Translations under genes and position numbers: made by a program
From: an uncultured delta proteobacterium
GTDB taxonomy: Bacteria; Desulfobacterota; Binatia; Binatales; Binataceae
Direction of reading: 5' to 3'
Assembly (NCBI GenBank): GCA_963808235.1
Contig: CAWEEQ010000004.1
Location: 32,001 to 96,000 of the forward strand
Length of the DNA stretch: 64,000 nucleotides
Part shown: in pieces, positions 57,089-64,000 of the stretch
Position numbering within the stretch: the first letter of the stretch is position 1
How the letters are laid out: the number at the start of each line of letters is the position of its first letter
The notes under the pieces: model-generated
Database searches by the model: none
Told to the model about the DNA's origin: nothing
The model's input: the letters and a program-made list of their open reading frames with translations, nothing else

Positions 57089-58512
57089 TGTCGATCAACT
57101 ATTCCGAACGAATCCCCAACAACGTGAGTCTTGCCGACGACCGCCGCCTGCAACGGGCGCTGGAAGCCTGGCAGCCGGGCTTCCTCCAATGGTGGAGCGA
57201 AATGGGGCCGGAGAGTTTTCAAAGTTGCGATGTATATTTGCGCACAGCGACCTCGACCGACGCGCAGGGCTGGGCGACATTTGGATACGTGAAGATGCCG
57301 GATTACAGATGGGGCATTTTCCTCGCCGAACCCGAACCGGACCGGCGCATTCCGTTCGGTGAGCATCAGGGCGAGCCGGTATGGCGCGAAGTTCCCGGCG
57401 AGCATCGTGGAGTACTCCGGCGGCTGATCGTAACCCAGGGCGATACCGAGCCGGCCTCGGTCGAGCAGCAGCGTCATCTGGGGAAGACCTGTCCATCGCT
57501 GTACGATCTGCGCAATCTATTTCAGGTGAACGTGGAAGAAGGGCGCCATCTGTGGGCCATGGTCTATCTGCTGCACGCCTACTTCGGGCGTGACGGGCGC
57601 GAAGAGGCCGACGGATTGCTGCAACGCCGTTCGGGAAACGCGGACAACCCGCGGATTTTGGGCGCCTTCAACGAGAAGACCCCCGATTGGCTGTCGTACT
57701 TCATGTTCGCGCACTTTACCGACCGTGACGGAAAGTACCAGCTCGCGAGCCTGGCGGAATCCGGCTTCGATCCGCTGGCACGGACTTGTCGTTTCATGCT
57801 GACCGAAGAGGCGCACCACCTTTTTGTCGGCGAATCGGGCGTGGGCAGAATAGTCGCCCGCACTTGCCAGCTGATGCGCGCTCACGACTGCCTGGAAGTG
57901 GGTAAATACGGCGGGATCGATCTCTCAATCATACAAAAGTATATAAACTTTCATTACTCAGTATCGCTCGATCTGTTCGGCTCCGAACTCTCGACCAACG
58001 CGGCAAATTACTTCAGCGCGGGCCTGAAAGGCCGCTTCAAGGAAGCCGATCGAGCAGACGATCACCGGCTCAAGGACAGTAGCTACTCGCTATTGAGACC
58101 CGAACGCGGATCAATTGTCTCCACCGAGCAGCCCGCGCTGCTCGCATTGAACGAGACGCTTCGCGACTCCTACATAGCCGATTGCGAACGTGCACTGGCG
58201 CGATGGAACAAGATCGTCAAAGAGGCGGAGCTTGACATCGAGCTGAAGCTGCCGCATCGGGGATTCCGGCGTTCGATCGGCGAGTTCGCCCAGGTCAGCG
58301 TGACGCCCGATGGGCAAATCATCGCGGCCGAGGAATGGCAGCGGCGCAAATCCGAGTGGATACCGAGTAAGACCGATCGCGAATTCGTCGCATCGCTGAT
58401 GAAGCCGGTGAAGACTCCGGGCGAGTTCGCCAGTTGGATCGCGCCGCCGCTACGCGGAATCAATCATCAACCGCTAGACTTCGAATTTGTAGCCGGCCTG
58501 CCCAGCGCGTAG
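57088..58512 (+). CDS. boxB: benzoyl-CoA 2,3-epoxidase subunit B (di-iron)
   Basis: IPNNV, QGDTEPASVEQQ, EEGRH, EEAHH. Confidence 0.95.
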   Translation: MSINYSERIPNNVSLADDRRLQRALEAWQPGFLQWWSEMGPESFQSCDVYLRTATSTDAQGWATFGYVKMPDYRWGIFLAEPEPDRRIPFGEHQGEPVWREVPGEHRGVLRRLIVTQGDTEPASVEQQRHLGKTCPSLYDLRNLFQVNVEEGRHLWAMVYLLHAYFGRDGREEADGLLQRRSGNADNPRILGAFNEKTPDWLSYFMFAHFTDRDGKYQLASLAESGFDPLARTCRFMLTEEAHHLFVGESGVGRIVARTCQLMRAHDCLEVGKYGGIDLSIIQKYINFHYSVSLDLFGSELSTNAANYFSAGLKGRFKEADRADDHRLKDSSYSLLRPERGSIVSTEQPALLALNETLRDSYIADCERALARWNKIVKEAELDIELKLPHRGFRRSIGEFAQVSVTPDGQIIAAEEWQRRKSEWIPSKTDREFVASLMKPVKTPGEFASWIAPPLRGINHQPLDFEFVAGLPSA

Positions 58513-58539
58513 ATAAGCCGGAGTTCGGAGTTCAGGTAG

Positions 58540-58983
58540 CTACGACTTCGGGCCGCCATATACGTTGAGGACTTTTTGGAGGCTTGCCAAAGTTGCGCGG
58601 CTTTGCGCTAGTTGCTGCTCGATTGTTTTGCGGGTCGCGGGCAGAAAATCGTGCGCGAGAGCTTTTTCGTACTCCGCGATCACTTTCTCTTCGTCCTCGC
58701 GGCACCAATCGACTACGCCTGTATCTCCCATGCTCATGACGACGCTCAGGTCCATCGCAGTCCGATCGGCGAGACCGCTCCAGGAGCCCGACTCGTCTCC
58801 GTTTCCACCGAGCCGCTTCCGCTCGAAGGTGAGTTCATCGGCCGAGCGTTTGCGTGCAGCGGCTTGGCGATTGAAAAACTGCTCGAGCGTCGCTTTTCCA
58901 ACGTCGCTGGCCGCGCTTTGATATCGTTTTTCGCTGTCAACGCAAACTTCAATGAGATGGTCCAGGATTTCCGCAGTATTCAT
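58540..58983 (-). CDS. PA2169/DUF2383 four-helix-bundle (ferritin-like) protein
   Basis: LDHLIEVCVDSEKRY, ESGSWSG, EKVIAEYEKAL. Confidence 0.75.
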   Translation of the reverse strand: MNTAEILDHLIEVCVDSEKRYQSAASDVGKATLEQFFNRQAAARKRSADELTFERKRLGGNGDESGSWSGLADRTAMDLSVVMSMGDTGVVDWCREDEEKVIAEYEKALAHDFLPATRKTIEQQLAQSRATLASLQKVLNVYGGPKS

Positions 58984-59095
58984 CAGGTAGGCCTCTAAAT
59001 GGAGCTTACCCCAGATCGGCGGTCGAGGCCCGCACAATCAACCTTGACTATTCTCGGCGAACGACTTGAGCATCTCGCCGACAAATGCGGGGATA

Positions 59096-59136
59096 GCTGC
59101 TACGTGCCGTTCGTGCGCAGAACGCGACCGTGACGT
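59096..59136 (+). repeat. diverged direct repeat of 62900..62941
   Basis: GCTGCTACGTGCCGTTCG..CAGAACGCGACCGTGACGT vs GCTGCCACGTGCCGTTCG..CAGAACGCGACCGTTACGT. Confidence 0.8.
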
Positions 59137-59392
59137 GAAAGTAAGAGATAGTTGGACACTGTCCTACACAGTGGTTACTATTCACACTTAGTCCTAGCCA
59201 GCCCTTGCATTTGTTACCAAGGATCATATAAATTTCAGTGCAGTATCACGTGTGGATTTCGGGGGGTATACCGAATCCGCCGAGAAGGTGCGTGAGCGTC
59301 CGGGGCCGGGGAGTTACGGTAGAGGGGGGACGACCGTACCGTCTTGAGCAGATTCGGTTTTTGCTTTTGGAGGAGTGCTTGGGGAGTAGGGA

Positions 59393-59563
59393 TTGACAGA
59401 GCTTGGGGAAAAACTTCTGGCGCGATCTCAGGTCGCAGAAATCTTAGGTCTGAGTCTCTGCACTATCGACGCGTGGCGTGAGTCGCAGAGGGGACCTACG
59501 TTTATCCGATTCTCGCGCCGAGCGGTGCGCTATCGGTTGACCGAGGTTGAGAAGTTTATCTAA
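59393..59563 (+). CDS. 56-aa AlpA/excisionase-like HTH protein
   Basis: not in ORF track; TTG start; LLARSQVAEILGLSLCTIDAWR..RGPTFIRFSRRAVRY. Confidence 0.7.
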   Translation: MTELGEKLLARSQVAEILGLSLCTIDAWRESQRGPTFIRFSRRAVRYRLTEVEKFI

Positions 59564-59959
59564 GCACATGAGGTGAGCCGACAAGAAAATAGCTGAGAAA
59601 AGATAAGCAGAAAAGACAAGGCCTTGGCCGTTTTGGACGGACGACCAAGGCGCTTGTCAAGGAAATCGGATGCCTAGAACTAGGCATGCCGCCACCACAG
59701 GGCAGCAAGTCTAGTCCCACACAGGGCCATTCGTCAACCAGCGGGCGCGGTCCGGGCGCAACCGCCACGGGAGACGTACGGCCATGACGATCGATACCTC
59801 ATAAGACAGGGCGTGTTCTATGTTGGGCAGATCAGTTCTGTCACGGCTGATCTGCCCGTAAGCAGTCTTGCGACGTTCACTGATTGTCAGGTATGTGGAC
59901 AGGATCAGAAGCGGAGAAACTTATGCCAGCAAATTGTCTTTCGTTAGCGAAATAACTCA

Positions 59960-60749
59960 GTGCTCGACCTAGAAGAATGGCGCATCCTGCTAGCGAACTG
60001 TACGTCGTGTGTTCGCAACTCAAATCTGTCCTCGCTAGACAACGTTCCCGACGCTTGGACTTTCAACCGCGCGACGAACACACACTCGGGGCCAGCTTTG
60101 ATGGGATGCTCCGATGGAAAAGAATATTGGCTTAAGGGTCGCCCCGACCAACTACGGGAAATCTTCATAGAGCAAATTGTCGGTTCTCTAGGAATTAGAC
60201 TAGGTGCGCCAGTTCCGCCCATTACACTTGTCAAGCTTCCTGAGATCGATCCGCGACCGCGAAGCTCGGATAAGCCATTTCGATGTCGGTTACGTGCACG
60301 GATCGCAGAACCAAACCGACTGCACCGATAGAATGGCTATCGCTTACGCCGATCAGCCGGAGAATCGGCCACGGTTCGCTGCAATTGCGGTGCTTTATAC
60401 GTGGACCCAAGCCAGTGACCATCAGTTTATTTACAAGAAACAAGCGCCTAATTTAGCGTTCTCGTATGACCATGGACTGTTCTGCGGTGGCGGCAACTGG
60501 AACGCCGCATCACTTGCCGCCACGCCACCGATAACGGCTCTTGACCCCGTCTTCGGGATGGTTAAACTCACCCCCGATGAGCTCTTGCCCTTTTTCGACG
60601 CATTGGAAACAATCGAATTGGTCGAACTCGCCGCTGTTATCGCGGCACCGCCCGAGTCTTGGCGTGTCTCGACGGTTGATCGAGCCGCCCTCTGCCAATA
60701 CCTGGAACGGCGACGAGAAGAACTCCTGGCAGCTGAAGCCGATCACCAA
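59960..60749 (+). pseudogene. HipA-like kinase, frameshifted near 60245
   Basis: SGPALMGCSDGKEYWLK, E.IVG.LG..LGAPVP; second frame has SD..F and YDHG.F motifs. Confidence 0.65.
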
Positions 60750-61553
60750 ATGACTGTTCTTAATTATTCTGTTGTGCGATACGTTCCCGATCCAAATCGG
60801 GAAGAGTTCATCAATATAGGTCTCATACTGGCCGGTGAGGACGGCAGTTTTGCCAAGTGCAAATTCACCGAAGATTGGAGACGGGCACGGTGGTTTGGAT
60901 CGGAAAATCTCTCGTTCCTGAGAGATGTTCGGAAAGAACTCGAAATCTTTGGCACTAGCCAAGCTGAATTCTTTGAGAGGGAATCGCTCGCTCATCATTT
61001 GAACGAGCTAGCTAAGAACTGGCAGAACTCAATTCAGTTTTCTCAGCCGCGCGCGTCGATTAACCCAAATCCACTCGCGTTGTTTGATAGGCTCTTCGAG
61101 CAATACGTGCAGAGAACCGAAGTGCGTCGAAAACACCGGTTGGGCAAACGAGTCGCGTTGTCCAATGTATACGAAGACTTGAGTGAATCTCTCTTTGAGA
61201 AATTTCCCAAGCCGCCTGATATTCTCCGCCGACAAACATTGAGCGGAGACGTTGCAGAACATCAGTTCGATTTAATGGTACAAAACGGCTCTCCACAACT
61301 GTGTATTGATGCGCTAGCTCCCCATGAAGACGACGTGTTCGAGCTAGATCAGAACGCGAGGGCTATTGCCTTCGATATCGAAGACACGAAGAAGAAGCAT
61401 CGACACCTTGTGCTTTGCGTCGTCGTCGCGGGAGCTTCCAATAAGCAATACAACGAAGCCAAACGGATATACGGAAAGTTGGGCGCCGATGTGACCAAAG
61501 ACGATTCGTTTCGCCACTGGGCCAAGGACGCCGTCAAAGAACTCTCGAAATAG
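60750..61553 (+). CDS. DUF3037 domain protein (in frame with the kinase C-terminal part as sequenced)
   Basis: YSVVRYVPDPNREEFINIGLIL, NSIQFSQPR, LFEQYV. Confidence 0.8.
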   Translation: MTVLNYSVVRYVPDPNREEFINIGLILAGEDGSFAKCKFTEDWRRARWFGSENLSFLRDVRKELEIFGTSQAEFFERESLAHHLNELAKNWQNSIQFSQPRASINPNPLALFDRLFEQYVQRTEVRRKHRLGKRVALSNVYEDLSESLFEKFPKPPDILRRQTLSGDVAEHQFDLMVQNGSPQLCIDALAPHEDDVFELDQNARAIAFDIEDTKKKHRHLVLCVVVAGASNKQYNEAKRIYGKLGADVTKDDSFRHWAKDAVKELSK

Positions 61554-61631
61554 ATTCCCCACCAAATTCGACCTGTCACGTCCGCTCCAGAATGCGCGCC
61601 TCGGGCCGAGGTGTCGACATTCTAGTAATCT

Positions 61632-61770
61632 CCATCGTCTGAGGGTTGGGTTCCACTCGCGGCGGCGCTCGCGCCCATCGTTTAAATCTTGCAGCTTGGT
61701 ACGCCGAAAATTTTACCCGGATCTTGGAAGGATCGTCGCGCCGGTTCAGGACTGATAGTTTCGCTTATTC
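61632..61770 (+). repeat. diverged direct repeat of 62970..63107
   Basis: includes ACGCCGAAAATTTTAC(C/G)CGGAT, 21/22 identical, and TGATAGTTTC. Confidence 0.75.
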
Positions 61771-61880
61771 CGCGGCGGTGCTCAAATCCCGCAGTTAAAC
61801 AGTCGCGCCTCCTGACCGCCGAGGTAATACTCGGAAGCCCGGAATGCGCGCCGCACCAGGCAATCGCGGCGCGCAGATGT

Positions 61881-61918
61881 CCCTCACCCTGACTCTCTCC
61901 CGACGAACGGGCGAGGGA
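61881..61918. repeat. REP-like palindrome CCCTCACCC..CTCTCCC..GGGCGAGGG
   Basis: stem-loop in intergenic DNA. Confidence 0.55.
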
Positions 61919-61929
61919 AATCAGAAAGA

Positions 61930-62200
61930 GCATCGCTTCGTCCTTCGGGAATACTCAGGGCAGGCTCCGAGCATTTTACTTCGGTCGGGATGACGGAGGG
62001 GGAGCAGCGGGACGACTGAAAGAGAATCGCTCCGCCCCATGGGAATACTCGGGGCAGGTTCTTCGGGAATACTCAGGGCAGGGTTATCGAAAAAGAAATC
62101 GCTTCGCCCTTCGGGAATACTCAGGGCAGGCTCCGAGCACTTTGTTTCGGTCGGGACGACGGAGGGGACGATCCGGGAAAAAGGCATCGCTTCGCTCTTC
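61930..62200 (-). repeat. second cluster of the REP-like family seen at 28672..29080, inverted
   Basis: TTCGGTCGGGATGACGG and GGGAATACTCAGGGCAGG units. Confidence 0.75.
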
Positions 62201-62223
62201 GAGAATAGCGAAACTGGTCGAGA

Positions 62224-62703
62224 TCAATGTTTCATCACTTGCTCGACGATACGCATCATCTCCGCATACCTGTTCACAGCTGATGGCTGATGGACTACCT
62301 CGAACTTCAGTCCATCCGGTCCGAGAAAGTACACCGCATACCAGCCTTCCGGATCGTACGGGAACTCGCCGGGACCATCGAGGACCTTTGCACCGAGGCG
62401 CTTGGCCAGATCGCATGCCTGATCAACCTGCTCGCGCGTGTCGGTGTAGAAGGCGATGTGATGCAGCCCTACCTCGTAAACCTCGAATGGATGCTTGGCA
62501 AACTCAGGCTTTGCTTCCCAGAGATTCAACACCGCGCCGTTTCCATGGTTGACCGCTATCCTAACGCGCTGCCCATTCGGATTCCGGATCTCATCCCAAA
62601 TCTCATAGCCGAGGAACTCCAAGAACGGCTTGAAGAACTCCATAGCGTCAGTGAGATCGCTGACCGTGATACCAACGTGGCACATTGCTCCAAGCAGCGG
62701 CAT
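62224..62703 (-). CDS. VOC/glyoxalase family protein
   Basis: HVGITVSDL, GLHHIAF, YAVYFLGPDGLKFEVV. Confidence 0.85.
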   Translation of the reverse strand: MPLLGAMCHVGITVSDLTDAMEFFKPFLEFLGYEIWDEIRNPNGQRVRIAVNHGNGAVLNLWEAKPEFAKHPFEVYEVGLHHIAFYTDTREQVDQACDLAKRLGAKVLDGPGEFPYDPEGWYAVYFLGPDGLKFEVVHQPSAVNRYAEMMRIVEQVMKH

Positions 62704-62829
62704 AACTGAGCGTTGCCTCCGAGGATCAGTTCTTACCACGTCATACTGCGGCGAGATCAAGTCCCCGGCCTCCGCCACAGGGCGGCGAGGGGGGATCCCC
62801 TCGCGATCCCCCTGCTCAGAGCCCGCCAA

Positions 62830-62893
62830 GGTGGGTCAGTTTTACTTCGGCGACCTCGCGAATAGGTGGGTCAACATTCGACCGGCGTTGACA
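62830..62893. mobile_element. isolated IS21-family terminal region
   Basis: two GGTGGGTCA repeats ending ..GGCGTTGACA; no istA/istB nearby. Confidence 0.6.
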
Positions 62894-63122
62894 GGAATCG
62901 CTGCCACGTGCCGTTCGCGGCACAGAACGCGACCGTTACGTTGAGTGGCGCAAGAGGACGGGCCATATGCCAACGCCTGAAGATTGCGCTCCAATCGAGG
63001 CGGCCTCGCGTCGGTCGTTACGTCTTACTGGTTTGAAACGCCGAAAATTTTACGCGGATGATAGAGAGGTCGGCGTGCTGGTTTCACGATTGATAGTTTC
63101 ACTTTTCATGCAATCCGCCGAA

Positions 63123-63138
63123 TGGCAGGGGACTTGCA
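63123..63138 (+). promoter_or_regulatory. sigma54 promoter TGGCAG-GGGAC-TTGCA
   Basis: GG-N10-GC upstream of 63204. Confidence 0.75.
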
Positions 63139-63203
63139 CATTCATTGAACGGCATCAGGTTCGCCGAAGTCACGAGACGTTCAAAAATTTCGAGAGAAAA
63201 TTT

Positions 63204-63365
63204 ATGAAGTGCCGACATCAGGCCTGCAGCTGCAAAGCAGCGGCGGGTCGCGACTATTGCTCCAATGAATGCGAATCCGACACGCGCGATGAAGGCGCGA
63301 CGGACTGTCATTGCGGTCATGAAGAGTGTCGCGCGTCGAACGAGTCGCATCGCGACAGTACGTAA
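63204..63365 (+). CDS. bacterial metallothionein-like peptide
   Basis: CRHQACSC..YCSNEC..CHCGHEEC. Confidence 0.75.
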   Translation: MKCRHQACSCKAAAGRDYCSNECESDTRDEGATDCHCGHEECRASNESHRDST

Positions 63366-63461
63366 AATCCGTCCGCGTCAATAAGAAAATCACGCGGCGT
63401 CGGCTGCACGCTCGTTAAGGAAAAGGAGTCAACAACAATCCGCGAAAGGAGAAGGAGTGCC

Positions 63462-64000
63462 ATGAAAGGAAATGCGAAAGACAAGAACGGTTCGAAGAAA
63501 GCTCATGCGTCCTCCGCATCGAAGCGAACAGGCGAGAAGACCAACTCCCGGCAACCACGCAGTGGCGCCGGGGCGAATGCGATCGATCTCTTGATGAAGG
63601 ATCACGAAACTGTCCAGAACTTATTCGCTCAATTCGAGCGGGCTCGCGAAGATGCTCAGAAGAAGGCGATGCTGTTTGAAAAAATCAAAGACGAACTGCT
63701 GGTTCATACCAGGATCGAAGAGGAGATCTTCTATCCCGCTGTAAAGGAGATTGGTACCGGACAAGCGGTAAACGATATCGAACATTGCCGCGAGGACCAC
63801 GAGGAAGTCGACGAACTCCTCAACCAGTTGCAGTCGCTCAGTCCCGATGATTCCGATTTCGAAGAGAAGATGACGGACCTGATGGAAGCGGTGGCCAAGC
63901 ACATCGAGCTCGAGCAGAACGAAGTTTTCAAAGAGGCGCGCACCGGCTTGGCTGACGACAGGATCGAAGAACTGGGTCGCGAGATGAAAGAGCTCAAACA
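63462..64000 (+). CDS. hemerythrin (HHE) domain protein, runs off window end
   Basis: RBS AAGGAG; AIDLLMKDH, HTRIEEEIFYPA, EDHEEV, HIELEQ. Confidence 0.85.
   Translation, partial: MKGNAKDKNGSKKAHASSASKRTGEKTNSRQPRSGAGANAIDLLMKDHETVQNLFAQFERAREDAQKKAMLFEKIKDELLVHTRIEEEIFYPAVKEIGTGQAVNDIEHCREDHEEVDELLNQLQSLSPDDSDFEEKMTDLMEAVAKHIELEQNEVFKEARTGLADDRIEELGREMKELK

Noticed and set aside
59096-59110. CGGCACG on the minus strand as sigma54 promoter for the PA2169-like gene
   Set aside because: No correctly spaced -12 GC element
59096-62941. attL/attR pair of an intact integrative element
   Set aside because: Repeats are diverged, no integrase or tRNA is present, and they are better explained as part of a longer duplicated region
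1-64000. Many long alternative-frame and antisense ORFs in the track
   Set aside because: Arg/Ala-rich shadows of GC-rich genes without motifs; no tRNA or rRNA recognised either

Overview
GC-rich bacterial chromosomal window. Gene content suggests a deltaproteobacteria-like soil organism, possibly Binatota (inference only). Left to right: dapL; an alternative complex III (actA, actB split by a frameshift, actC, actD, actF) plus caa3-type oxidase operon; a TetR-controlled SDR/VOC/cupin/deazaflavin-reductase cluster; dapB region; a variable patch between two EstA-type hydrolase paralogs (MITE-flanked sulfatase, P450, REP-like array, toxin-antitoxin and IS relics, TIR-like gene); an IrrE/ImmA-type metallopeptidase, an XRE repressor with a DdrO-like C-terminus and a Cys-rich protein; glgX; then a ~25 kb general-stress island (BON, CsbD, DUF3309, DUF1328, ElaB-like, PA2169-like, metallothionein, hemerythrin). 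In that island I read 11 sigma54 -24/-12 promoters, next to a kinase, a lipoprotein and a sigma54 response regulator. The island is interrupted by boxR-boxC-boxB and by a small excisionase/HipA-like kinase/DUF3037 insertion. Top candidates for an undescribed system: the sigma54-driven general-stress regulon (including an unannotated 27-aa SEC-C peptide) and the IrrE/DdrO-like switch. All family calls come from motif recognition by eye, with no database search. Three apparent frameshifts may be sequencing errors. No tRNA, rRNA or CRISPR array was seen.
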